A stretch of 63,837 bases of DNA, from the NCBI GenBank assembly GCA_031763465.1, contig JARFOE010000234.1, positions 599,268 through 663,104 of the forward strand, read 5' to 3'. The position numbers were made by a program, and so were the translations under genes. The notes below the pieces were generated by a model that was not told where the DNA came from, searched no databases, and saw nothing but the letters and a program-made list of their open reading frames with translations. The stretch is from Squatina squatina. Its lineage: Eukaryota. Positions 25,601 to 38,176 of the stretch are shown here, piece after piece; position 1 is the first letter of the stretch; every line of letters starts with the position of its first letter.

Positions 25601-25759
25601 CATGGTAGAATACTGTACAATATGAGAAAGACATCCAGCAATCTGGTCATCTGTGTTTTAGAAATTGGAAGTAATAGTTAGCATTATATTCAAAGAGGTT
25701 ATGCCACAGGAACATCAATAGAGATTGTCCAACAAAGGAGTTTGGCAGTGCTTAATGGT

Positions 25760-25988
25760 ATATATACTTCTATGCAAGGAGTCTAGTTCACAAGGCAGAC
25801 GAGATGAGGGCACAGAAAAACACTTGGAATTATGATATCGTAGCTATTACTGGAACAAAGAAGGGCAGGAATGGCAGCTCAACATTCCTGATTACAGGGT
25901 TTTCAGAAGAGATAGAGAGAGGGATAAAAAGGGAGGGAGGTTTGCAATGTTGGTTGAAGAAACAGTTACAGCTGTGAGGAGGAATGAT
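25760..25988 (+). mobile_element. CR1 LINE ORF2 N-terminal endonuclease fragment
   Basis: YFYARSLVHKADEMRAQ...YDIVAIT...WQLNIPDYRVFRRDR...KGGR. Confidence 0.85.
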
Positions 25989-26080
25989 GGCAGGGATTTT
26001 GCTCACCTCAGCGGGTCCATGGCGGGCGACGTCGGTGGCGGGTCCCAATCCTGCTGCTGGCTCTATCCTGCTCTGTGAAA
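25989..26080. mobile_element. GC-rich MITE left end inserted into a CR1 endonuclease fragment
   Basis: The CR1 reading frame stops abruptly at GGCAGGGATTTT and CpG-rich sequence follows. Confidence 0.5.
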
Positions 26081-27074
26081 NNNNNNNNNNNNNNNNNNNN
26101 NNNNNNNNNNNNNNNNNNNNNNNNNNNNNNNNNNNNNNNNNNNNNNNNNNNNNNNNNNNNNNNNNNNNNNNNNNNNNNNNCAGTTTCAACCTAAAGAGAT
26201 TAAACTAACTATTTTACTTCTCACTTAGTTACGCTTACAAAATTACTTTGCATCGCCATGAAAGCAGTATATGAAAGCCTTGGCTCCTTCAAGGAACATA
26301 CAGGGCTATTAGAATAAATAAATAAAATTAGCAAAAAATCCTAAATCCCAAAAGACACTTTTTAACAAGAAGATCAGACATATTACTGGCGTGTTTTGAT
26401 TGCAGTTAAGGGTCAAGATTGTACAGAAGAACAGAGATGTGATACAGTGCTGACAAATCTTAGGCTCTAGATGGCAGTAAAGTATCAAATCTCTTTTGCT
26501 GCTCTGCAGGTGTGCACGATAATTATTTTTAATTTTGCATCTGCGCTCACAAGGACCTGGCAGTCAGCTGCTCTTTTGTCAGATTCAAAGGATGATTGTA
26601 AGTAGTGATGCTGTAATCTCTCGGATCTTTGCCAGATGGTAAATTACCACAGAGAATTGTGATATTTCCAACATTAATGAATGGCACCATTGCCTGCCAT
26701 CCTGTGTTATAAAATCGAACCTAGAACAGACCAGGAAAAAAACTCTCATTAAATGCTGTCACTTGGGATATTACAGGTATCAGTTAATGTTGAAAATGTA
26801 TCACACCATTGTATTGCAGGGTTTTGTCTGAATAAAAAATTCATTCCATTAGTAATAATGAATGTGAGCAATAGACTCACCAAATTTTTCACAAATGTAT
26901 CTCGATGAAGTAGAATTTTCACAAACATCAAACAATTTTAATTAAGATATAGTTTTTGAAATTAACAATCCTAAATGTGCATTGTTCATTGCTTGGATAT
27001 AAGCATATTCTTCATTCAAGCCACTATCTGTAACCCAACTTTCTAAAGAAGGAAAGAAACATAGAATAGTCTTT

Positions 27075-27409
27075 GGCCTAGAAATTGAGGTCGTTTGCGC
27101 CTCCCGTTAACGGCCCGGGTGCGGCGCTGCTAACGACTCCGGCTACATTCTGTGAGATTTTAGTGACGATGGTAACCCATAGCGCCCCGTACAGCTGTAC
27201 CATTCATGATGACATCATCACTGTGTACAGTGCCCCCTTATCGCCCTGGACTCGAACTTGGGTATCGCCCCCTGAAGCTGCGCCAGGCGATGCCAGCGAC
27301 AGCTTCAGGGGACATGAACTGGGCAGCAGGCCGCTTACGAGGCGATACTCAAAGGGGAGCTGCCGGCCATTTAAAAAAAAATCTGACAATTTCTGTGCCC
27401 TGTTGGCGC
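27075..27409. mobile_element. GC/CpG-rich Harbinger-type non-autonomous element, left part
   Basis: GGCCTAGAAATT terminus, abrupt rise in GC and CpG, runs into a gap. Confidence 0.55.
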
Positions 27410-27509
27410 NNNNNNNNNNNNNNNNNNNNNNNNNNNNNNNNNNNNNNNNNNNNNNNNNNNNNNNNNNNNNNNNNNNNNNNNNNNNNNNNNNNNNNNNNNN
27501 NNNNNNNNN

Positions 27510-27715
27510 AATGGGGAAATAGCATTTCCTCTGGTTTGAGGAGCTGTAGGGGGGCCAACAATTAGAAATGATCACTGAGTGAGGAGAGCGGCTCAGAGAA
27601 ATTTCTTCAGAGTTGTTCAGAGCATGGAATGCTTTGCCACAGGGAATGGTTAATGCAAAGACCATTGCATCTTTTAAGGGAAAGTTGGATAAATATTTGA
27701 AGCAAGAGGAAGACA
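27510..27715 (+). mobile_element. CR1 LINE 3' fragment
   Basis: RNFF.RVVQ.WNALPQGMVNAKTIASFKGKLDKYLK-like C-terminus. Confidence 0.75.
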
Positions 27716-30700
27716 CTTGTTGGCCAGATTGCAGGGGCTCACTGAGGCTGCCTATAGTCTGTGGCTCATAGTTTGGGCCTATGATCACTTATTCTGACAT
27801 CTATTCCTATTGTTAATTTTAAAATTTCCCACTGACCCCTAGGCTGGACCTCCCCAGCCATCATGTCCCACATTGGAATTAAGCACCAATCCTACTCCAA
27901 CCCCAGGCTCAGTTTGACTCTGCTCAGGGTTCACTGCACTGGCACTGGTTAGGGTTCAGTTCATACAGTCATCTCTGACCAATGTTGGCTGGTGGTCCAC
28001 CTTGGGACTGAACANNNNNNNNNNNNNNNNNNNNNNNNNNNNNNNNNNNNNNNNNNNNNNNNNNNNNNNNNNNNNNNNNNNNNNNNNNNNNNNNNNNNNN
28101 NNNNNNNNNNNNNNTCATGTAAAAGCCGGTGAGCGGCCTGCGCGAGACCTCCAAACTGCTGCACGGCCAAGCAGCTTAGCGGGAATGTTGGCTAGGTGTG
28201 CAGTCTATCAGAAGTCGGAAGCATCTCAACTTGCTACAGTGTAGCTCACGTGGTGCCAACTTGCGCAGCCTAAGCCCAGGTTGTGGACAATGCAGCTGTA
28301 ACATGTCCATCTACTTGCACAAGTGGTTGGGATCCCTCAATTCACAGCGTGGACATAGATGTGCTGGGTGAAGTGCAGACCCCGACTCAGCTACTGACTG
28401 CAACTGAGAGCCAAACACACAGGAAGCATTACAGAAGCCTGGAGTGTGCAAGAGGCAAAAAAGGATGAATTAATCTGCACTTAAAGTGCCTAATGGCACG
28501 AGTGGGAATCAACCCAGCTGCTGGAAATTATAATACGGATTAGGGCGATGTGGAAAGAGGGAACAGTCAGGCTGACCTCAACATCGGGCTACATGCTAAT
28601 GGTCGTATCACCGTTGGCTTCTGTTATTAAATTGAAATCCAGTTTTAATAATAACGATTGGAAAGCAAACTGATTACGGAAATATTTCTGTAAAAGTGAC
28701 TGCAGTAGAAATTGAGTTTATTTTGCTGTTTCAAAGCTGGCTGCCATACTCTTATACCACGTCTGAGCCTCCTGCATGATTCCGTTCAACTGCTGGTTGC
28801 AAACTTTCCAGCAATTAAAAATTGCAAATTTTGATACTTTTTCCTAACTTTAAAGAGTATTTATTATTATTTTTATAGACACCTCCACTTATATCGAGTT
28901 CCATCTAGATTTAGAACATGCAGTGTTTGTGGCTGTTTTTTTTAAATAATCTTATGATGAAAACTGGAGCAAATGCCTCGGGACATTTTCCCACCCCAAG
29001 CTCTGAAATCTCCTGGTCATAATGTACCAGAATTGCTCTGCAGCCCGTCCACTGAATACCATGTGACCACCATTTACAAGTCTGAGTAAACTGATTTAGT
29101 GCGAGCAAAATGTGGTCCTAGGGCCTTTCCACAAGATCATGATAATTACAGATGAGGTAAGCCATTAGGCTCATCTTAATTCAACCATCCAAGTTTCACA
29201 TTAAGTAAGTCAAACAAAAATAATGATAAATATATATGTTTAATTGTAATACTAATTTTTATACAGAAAAAATACTTGTGTTATAGGGGTCCATGGAACT
29301 TTTATAACGCAGAGGAAGAGCCTGAGAACCCCCGTGTTAAAGCACATTGGGCCATGTGTGATGCCAACTATACCATCAGGTCTGATCTGCTTAATGAGCC
29401 CAATGACAACTGTGGGTGCATTTGGACCCCAAGATTGTATCCTCTTCCTTCCCATTACTTCATATGTAATATATACATGTAATTGAATACGCTGATAAAA
29501 CACAACAGCTTCATTATTAACCTCCCCCCTCCCCACACCACCTCCCACTCACAACAGGCGGCAGAGAGTCGGGGGAGTTAAAGATTTGAATATGGGGAAC
29601 GTGTCCCCAACATGCCATGCATGTGCCCACCACCTTTTTTTACACCGGCAGATCTCTTACAAAAAAAATGATAATGAGGTCTTACAGTTAAGATAGGCAG
29701 GACCTCCTTGTCCCCCATCTTGCTGGATTTTTCAGCCTTCCCCGCATCTTCCCCACAAATATCGGGACCAATTAATTTATTTTTAGTAAAATTGTCTCTT
29801 CCTGTTTCATGAGATCACACATTTTATATTTCAGTAAATCTCCTGGTCACATACATGAAACCACACCATAAAAAGAAGCAACTTCTAAAATAGTCACTGA
29901 NNNNNNNNNNNNNNNNNNNNNNNNNNNNNNNNNNNNNNNNNNNNNNNNNNNNNNNNNNNNNNNNNNNNNNNNNNNNNNNNNNNNNNNNNNNNNNNNNNNN
30001 CAATGTTTGCCATTGCTCAGATACTTTCTCTCCTTTGTGACTTGCTACATACAAAGCAATAAAAGTTCCACATAATAGCATTGAATTCCAGACTCTCATT
30101 TTAAGTCCCAAATTTACACTGATCCACCCACAGCAAATAAAAATCAATCAGATATACAGACGTTGCAATTTTCTTTTCCTCAGCTAGTCTGTAAGTTAAT
30201 AATTACGAAGTTTCATTAAAAAGCTGAAGCCGAAGGCATTACATCACTAACTGGCCAATGAAGTGACAGATCAAACCATTTTTATGCAAAATTATAGTGC
30301 CACAATATACTGTGGGTCGCTTCAATCATTCCCCATCCAACAGGCAGTTTGTACTGCCAGTTTATAGAATTAATTTCACTTCATTGTACATGCATTACCC
30401 ATGTTTCATGGAAGCAAGGCCGAGTCTATAATTCAGAGAAAAATTTCAACTGATACAGTTTATTGAAAAAATGTGAAAAATGTTAGGTTGAATTTCTGAT
30501 GGTACTAGATGATAAATTAAAAAAAAACTGCATCACAATCTCTTACAAGCAAAACAAATGGTAAATCGTCTATGAACTGGAAAATTAGCCCATCAAATCG
30601 CAAATAATTGGGGGGAAATTTCATGGTAAATAGAAAATAAAACCTGCATGCCAACTATACATNNNNNNNNNNNNNNNNNNNNNNNNNNNNNNNNNNNNNN

Positions 30701-31512
30701 NNNNNNNNNNNNNNNNNNNNNNNNNNNNNNNNNNNNNNNNNNNNNNNNNNNNNNNNNNNNNNACATGCACTGCTCCAAGCTTGGAATTAATCCAGTAACA
30801 AAATGTCATTTTTTAAAAAAAGAAGACACATATTCAGCCATAAGTGGTTCCCGTACCTCGGAGAGCAATTAATTCTGTTCTATATTCAATCTGCAACACT
30901 GCCAATTAGTGTGTAACTGAATTTTAAATCAACTATCTGTCACTAAATTGTTATAAAGGTAAATTATAAAAAGGTTAGATTGCCATATTATCTTTTCATT
31001 TTTGACTCAAAGCAGATCCTGCTGGAGGAACTTAATAAGAATTCCACCCTCTACATTGCCATTTAGCTGGTTTCCCAATTATATTTCAGCTCAACCATTC
31101 TCATTAGTTACTCTCACTTCTCATCAGTGTCATTCCCATTGCTCTGCAGTCTGTACCGTTGAACTGTCACTTCCACATCTGTTGATAGGATATTGGAACA
31201 GGAAAACCAGATATATGACACTGTCTAAGGGTCTGCTACGTTAAATGTGCACAGGATCTGAATTCTACACTTAAACACTGCAGCTTTTCAAAATTAAACC
31301 ATCAGCTTGCCAGGGCCAGGGGTAATTAAATGAGGCTTATACCCGAATTTGCTTTGGGCCTCATGCCAGCATGACTGAGCAGGGGGAGAAGCCGCACCTC
31401 TGACATTGTGCCCATTTCAGACGGATGTCACATTTCTCCATCAAACTATTTGAGAAATTTTAATTAATTCTAGTGCTGCCTCTTAGCATGGTATGTTAGC
31501 GCACTGGTTCTG

Positions 31513-31597
31513 TTTTTTTTTAATTCATTCCTGGGATTTGAGCATTGCTGGCGAGGCCAGCATTTATTGCCCATCCCTAATTGGCCTTGAGAAGGTG
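31513..31597 (-). mobile_element. SINE/LINE 3' tail (another copy at about 17800-17878)
   Basis: GGCCAGCATTTATTGCCCATCCCTAATTGGCCTTGAGAAGG; poly-A on the minus strand. Confidence 0.7.
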
Positions 31598-31697
31598 NNN
31601 NNNNNNNNNNNNNNNNNNNNNNNNNNNNNNNNNNNNNNNNNNNNNNNNNNNNNNNNNNNNNNNNNNNNNNNNNNNNNNNNNNNNNNNNNNNNNNNNN

Positions 31698-32137
31698 AAA
31701 CAATAGTTCAAAACTTTCCCCATTAAGTTAAGTATGTTTTTAAACATTTTAAAAGTTTTTTTTTAAATAAAAAAAAAAGTTGTCTTATTTATCTCCTTTT
31801 TATTAAATTTTAATGTTAGAATAGTTTTCAAAATGTTTTTGGATGTGTTTGTGTAGTTTTGCATCTCTCATTCTAGCTTTGACAGATCTGTCAGAACTGT
31901 CAAAGCTTGAATGAGAGGTACTCCTACCTGATTGGTTAGGGCCTCCCATGTGACCTCTCCACAGCCTTCTCTTGACTTACCCGGGAATGAGAAGAGCCCC
32001 GCTGCAAAACTCCAACTGTGGGGGACAGAAAATCGCAATCTTGCGTGGATCGAGGACTGACATTTACGAGGATCGTAGACATTTTTGCGATTGTAGGCCT
32101 CCGCACGCAGAAAGCCTCTGATTACAAATTCAGGGCC
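31698..32137. mobile_element. Right part of a Harbinger-type non-autonomous element
   Basis: Its right end, reverse-complemented (GGCCCTGAATTTGTAATCAGAGGCTTTCTGCGTGCGG), matches the left end at 36058. Confidence 0.65.
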
Positions 32138-32983
32138 AATCTGTCGGATTAAAATTTGATGCCAAAGTGCAAGTTCAGAGTTTCACCATTTAATAAAACT
32201 TGTGGCAACAACTCTGGTTCAGCAGCTGATGATGAACTTTGTCTCTGACAGACGCACAGAGATGAGTGATCAAAATAACATTATTGGGTGGGAGATTTTG
32301 AGATTTGATTGTTATTTGTCTTTCAAATGGGGAGTTTTCAATTTAAGAGTTGTGTGTTGTCAGAAATAAGAACAACTTATTGAACCCGAGGAATAGCATG
32401 GAGCCAAGCATGCTTCACTGAGGGCTATTGCAACAAATGGATGTTCAGAATTTTTCAGTATCTTTTCCTGGATCAAAATCTTCCAAACTACCTGTACCTT
32501 ATATTATGATTTAATACCAGTGAAGAACTTACTCTGTGAATAAGCTTAGCCATGTCTATATTTCTTAGGTACTCTTCCTTGGCCATCTGTTGTTAACAGA
32601 GACTGATTTTCCTGCCAGAGCATCTGGGGTTATTTGAACATGCTAATTCAACAGCATCACCATACACAAGATCTGAAAAATATTCAGGTTAGAAGTTTGC
32701 AAAACCTACAGAAGAATATGATAGCTAATGCTTGACCTAACGTCCTCTCCTAACAGCGACCAGCTGATTCGGAATAAACATAAGAACATCATAAATATTT
32801 AATGTCATATTTAACCCTGAAACGAGTATGGCCTACTCCTGTTCCTATTTCAATAACAACAACAATTTGTATTTATATAGTGCNNNNNNNNNNNNNNNNN
32901 NNNNNNNNNNNNNNNNNNNNNNNNNNNNNNNNNNNNNNNNNNNNNNNNNNNNNNNNNNNNNNNNNNNNNNNNNNNNNNNNNNN

Positions 32984-33363
32984 TAAACCACTTAAGACCC
33001 TGACCCATGAACCAGATTTGTTTATTCTACCACGTCAGCCCCCTGATTCATGAACCAGATTCATGTATTATACCACTTCAGCACTGTTGCCCATGAACCA
33101 GATTTGTGTGCTATACCACGTGAGCACCCTGACCCATGAACCAGCTTTGTGTAATATACCACTTCAGTACCCAGACCCATGAACCAGATTTGTGTATTAT
33201 ACCACTTCAGTACCCTGACCCATGGACCAGATTTGTGTATTATTCCACTTCAGTACCCTGACTCATGAACCAGATTCATGTATTATACCACTTCAGCACC
33301 CTGGCTCATGAACCAGATTTGTGTATTATACCACTTCAGCACCCTGACCCATGAACCAGATTC
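32984..33363 (+). repeat. 43-bp minisatellite, about 9 copies
   Basis: CATG(A/G)ACCAG starts at 33006, 33049, 33092, 33135, 33178, 33221, 33264, 33307 and 33350. Consensus CATGAACCAGATTTGTGTATTATACCACTTCAGYACCCTGACC. Confidence 0.97.
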
Positions 33364-34356
33364 CTGCACTTTGTCACTAAATAAAACGAACAGTGTTTGT
33401 TTTTTCAGAGACTAATATTTTTCAGAAGTGCAATTTTTAACAGATTTATTCTATTTTATAATTTAATTGGATTTTTATCATCACAACTTAATATTTATTC
33501 ACGACCGAGAATGCAAATCTACAAATTCTAAATAACCTTCATATTCTTCATCAATTAATATTAATATCAGACCTCTTGAATACAATGCTGAAAGCAGCTA
33601 ATGAGATTAGTGGCATTTATTATTTAAATTAACTCTTGATAAAGGCTTCTGAAAGTTCAGAATATAAATCAGAGGAAATACATCTGCAGGCTCATGATTT
33701 TTTAGCTGTTTTCATGAATTAATTTTAGACTTTGACCATTTATTGGTTAAATAGCATGTCACTTTGTATTAAGTATGAAACTACACAGCAAAACTGAAAA
33801 TATTGAACCTTTCTTGAAAGCAGTGCATTCGGTGACATTGCATGGACTAGAAATGTGTTATCCAGCTGGCACTCTAGGAAATGTACAAAAAGATGAGCAG
33901 GATAACCAGGTTGCTGCTTTTCCCCCTATTTTATCATCAGAAACAGTGAAAAATCAATCACAGTGCCATGAAGTGAGCCTTTTTATTGCATATTGGTGAA
34001 CACAGACAGAGGGAGCTGTTGAGATGATTTTTTTTTTCATCGGCAGCACATCTCCTGCTACAGCAGAGATTACTCTGTGATTACAATTATTTTGCAGTAA
34101 AAATGCAGTGCACTTGAATGAACCACTAATTTGATAAAACAGGAATGTAAAGGAACCTTGCTATTAAGGGGTCAGTTCACCTCTGATTGGGGAGGAAATA
34201 CGATCTTTTCTTGTGCCTTGTGGACTAGGAAATTTGGTACAATTCAACAATTGGATNNNNNNNNNNNNNNNNNNNNNNNNNNNNNNNNNNNNNNNNNNNN
34301 NNNNNNNNNNNNNNNNNNNNNNNNNNNNNNNNNNNNNNNNNNNNNNNNNNNNNNNN

Positions 34357-34460
34357 GTACAGAAGGAGGCCATTCAGCCCATCATGCCTGTGCCAGCTGT
34401 TTCAAAGAGCTCTTCAATTAGTCCCACTGCCCTGGTCTTTCCCGATAGCCCTGCAATTTC
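34357..34460 (-). mobile_element. CR1 3' UTR/tail
   Basis: Reverse complement closely matches 63020-63100 (GGGACTAATT..AGCTCTTT.AA..GGCACAGGCA..ATGGG...AATGG.CTCCTTCTGT). Confidence 0.8.
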
Positions 34461-36057
34461 GCTCCCCCCCACCCCCACCCCCACCCAACCGCTGTCCATC
34501 CCTTGTTATGGCCCCTAATTAAAACTGTATTAGCCTTTATCAAAGTTATGCACGTACAGCCATCAGTGCATTATACATTTCTATCACAGTTATGTATACA
34601 TGCCTTTATTTCTGCAAAATAGCTCACTGCTCTTCATGTAACTGCAATGGAAATATATAATACACTGATGGCAGAATGTGTCTAACTTCGATGAAGACTA
34701 AGTTAGTATTAATTAGGTGTCACGGCAGGAGAAAATACGAAGCATGTGAAAAGCTTTAGTTACATAATTAATTTTGAGAACACTGATTTATGCCAGTGAT
34801 ATCCGGTTGTATGCACCACTGAACAATGTGACTTTATTTGTTGAAACAGACCATCTTAATTTATGTGCAGGTTTAAATTTAGATAACAACTCGGGGGAGA
34901 GGGGATAATTGAGAGTGGGGTAGGGAAGAAAGCAAATAATTTAAATGTACTGTCGATATGTTATTGCTTTTACCTTTGAATGATAGAATTCTTGATCCCC
35001 AGACATTCAGCTTTCATTTTATGGTGAATTAGGAGGTGGTAAATGCCTACAGATTTGATTGGTTAGTGAACAGGCACTAATCCCTGGTAGCATCTTCTAC
35101 TCTTAGAATACAACTTAAATTTCAAGCTGTTTTCCTTCATGCGTTAATCAGTTTGGCGACGATCCCACTCCAATGCTTTACAGGTTTTATGTTAGATTAC
35201 AGCAGGCTAAATAACATGGAGAATTTGAGCAGAGACTAGAATGTTAAACCACAGCATTCTAAAATGTTATAANNNNNNNNNNNNNNNNNNNNNNNNNNNN
35301 NNNNNNNNNNNNNNNNNNNNNNNNNNNNNNNNNNNNNNNNNNNNNNNNNNNNNNNNNNNNNNNNNNNNNNNNGAATAATCTGTGGCAGGTCTGGAGCATA
35401 CCCCCTTCTGAATTTTTGATTCATTTAACAAACATATGAGCTGCACCATCCACATAGCACAAGCAAAGAATGTTAAAATGAAATAAAGCTCTGGTCTCTG
35501 CTATTAACTGTGATGAGCACAGTATAATGTGGAAGAAAACCTATGGCTTCAGTATTTGGATCGCATGCCACCATTGAAAGTAAGAATCAAGCCCCAGAAG
35601 CAGGAAGATTTATTTTGTTGGACTATCAGTCCATCCATCTGTCTTTCTTTGAAGATGATGAAGTCATCTCAAAAAACCTAGAAACACAGCTGATCAGATT
35701 TTATGGGACTCAATCCTTTCATCGTAGACGGGAGTCCATTCCTTTTATGAAGAGTCATTTAATTTGCTCTGAAATGTGAACACAGAAAATGACAGTTCTG
35801 AATGTGCATTCAGAATCTGCATCAATCACATTGTAGATAAAAATGTCAAAGCAGTTTTAAAATAATGTTTTTACACAATGAAAGATAATATTAAGTCACA
35901 GAGCAAGTTCTATGATCAGATATAAAAATACATTATATTTGGGTTTGCTTCTTCATAACCAGTTGTTGGTTTCCACACTATATTGCTCTATTGCCTGTTG
36001 AGAATCCTTTGTGGTGCCTTTTCTTATATTCTGCATAGTTTCTGATTGTAACATAAT

Positions 36058-36106
36058 GGGCCTGAAATTGCGATTGGAGGCTTCCTGCGTGCGGTTGCCT
36101 CCAATT
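36058..36106. mobile_element. Left terminus of the same non-autonomous family, truncated by a gap
   Basis: AAT|GGGCCTGAAATTGCGATTGGAGGCTTCCTGCGTGCGG. Confidence 0.65.
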
Positions 36107-37740
36107 NNNNNNNNNNNNNNNNNNNNNNNNNNNNNNNNNNNNNNNNNNNNNNNNNNNNNNNNNNNNNNNNNNNNNNNNNNNNNNNNNNNNNNNNNNNNNN
36201 NNNNNNGCGAATGCATGAAGAAGACAAAATGTTATGCCAGTTGCTGGAGACTATCGTGAAGCAAAGTATTTAAGGCTACTAACTGCTTTCATAATTTCAG
36301 GCTTATTGAAAATAAAACTCATTAAGAAAGGGGTCAACATCGGTTTCCATCCGAACTTAGAAAACATGCACACTTTTAGAAATAAATGCTGTTTGCTTGC
36401 TCCCACATTAACTGTGATTTATATCTTCCAATTCAAAATAAGGTCCCTTGCTTGTGCTTTGCAAATATATTTTATAAGTTGTGAATGCAGGTAGTTTAGA
36501 TTGAATTTGTTCCTTACAGGGGTTTATATTTTAATTCAGTCCTTTTATTCTTTTCAGTCAGGTTTTTCAAACTGGTAATCATTTGCTTTTGTTAAAATAG
36601 TAAACACCATACAATATATATCTAAAAAAGTCTATCGGAATACTGCTTTAGATTTGAAAAATATACCGCAAAACAGTCGAAGCAATCATATCAACTGACT
36701 TGACCATTAAGGGGAGAATATATGAGGATGGACTTCTTGCTTCTCAGTACTGACATTTTTTATACTAACTCCACATAATTTAGGAATGATTTTCTATCAG
36801 CTTCTCTGCATATCTTTATATTTAGAAGAAATATGTATATGTAGAGGACATTTTATGTAGGCATTTTGATCCCCAGGCATATATAAACAGTTTTTAAAAA
36901 ATCCTAACTGTAAAGGGAAGCTTCAGCTTGAAATGAACAAAGCCTTTACTGTTATGATTCCGATCTTTAGATTCCCCACATCTGCACAGCTGAAATGAAA
37001 CAATTAAAGGCCAATCCATTACATCAAATGGGCACATTTGTCTCAGAAATGACAAATTATGGTTCAATATAACTTCTGTAAAGGTTCACTACTCACAGTT
37101 GAGAACTAAGTACAACCTTTGGAAGTCAATGATAGAGGTAGTATTCATGAGTTGCTGGCAACAGAAATGAATGAATAATTTTGCAGCTGACAGCCAACAA
37201 TGTAGAGAGGCATGCTTAAACCCTGAGGATGACTGCAACAGGCTGAAGGTTGCCTGAAACACCTACGTTTTGAACTACATGTTATTTACATCACAAGTTA
37301 TCTAATGCATCTCTGTCAATCATAACTGCACATTTCCTGAAGGGGAAGACATCTCATTCAACCCTGGTAATCCATCCAAGGAGAGAAGCATTTTAATTTT
37401 TTTCGGTCGATCCTTTAACATTTTTAGTCTTCTNNNNNNNNNNTGGTCATTATTTAATAATATTCATAATCAGAACATAGGACATTCAGTCCCGTGTGTC
37501 TGTACCACCATTCAATTAGATCATGGATGACTTGCACCTAAACTTAGTTTATTCAGCTTTGTTCCATATGCCAATCATTGATAATGATCATGTTATCTCT
37601 GTCTTTACTGCTCATATATTTTTTGAACTGCAATAATAACAGTTTCTTCCTCATTTATTAAAGTCACATAGTCAAGCCACCCTACAAAGGAACTGCAGCT
37701 GTCAGTAAAAAACAATGTTTTAGCCCTTCTCGGAGCTTCA

Positions 37741-37915
37741 TGGCGTTCACTCATCAGCTCTAAGCTCACTGACCTACATTGACTCCCGTTCCAGCAAAAC
37801 CTCGATTTAAAAATTCTTATCTTTGTTTTCAAATCCCTCCATGGCTTCAAGCCTCCCTATCTCTGTAACCTCCTTCAGCCCTCCAACCCTCCTAGATTTC
37901 TGTGCTCCTTCAATT
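37741..37915 (+). mobile_element. L2 LINE ORF2 C-terminal fragment
   Basis: LTDLH*LP.QQNLDLKILIFVFKSLHGFKPPYLCNLLQP, matching the L2 LHWLPV..RI.FKIL...KALHGLAPPYL motif. Confidence 0.85.
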
Positions 37916-37918
37916 TAG

Positions 37919-38176
37919 TCTACTCTCAGTCATTAGCAAAGTGATGGAAGATGTTGTTGACAGTGCTATCAAGCGGAACTTAGTCACCAATAGCCGACTC
38001 ACTGATGCTCAGCTTGGGCTCCACCAGGGTCACATGGCTTCAGACCTCATTCCAGCCTTGGTCTAAACATGAACAAAAGAGCAGAATTCCAGAGGTGAGG
38101 TGAGAGTGGCTGCCCTTGACATCAAGGCAGCATTTGACCGAGTGTGGCATTAAGGAACCCTAGCAACATTGAAGTT
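37919..38176 (+). mobile_element. CR1-group (Zenon-like) LINE RT fragment
   Basis: LLSVISKVME.VVD...LTDAQLG.HQGHMASDL...GEVRVAALDIKAAFDRVWH, with stops. The clade label is tentative. Confidence 0.8.

Noticed and set aside
32984-33363. Possible CRISPR array
   Set aside because: Units are contiguous with no unique spacers, there are no cas genes, and the context is vertebrate.
35543-35779. HATIESKN resembling TECR exon 2 (HATIAEIKN)
   Set aside because: No phase-0 acceptor or suitably placed donor, and the flanks do not align.
37221-37260. Hammerhead-like CCTGAGGATG...GAAAC
   Set aside because: Core spacing and helix pairing do not fit a hammerhead fold.
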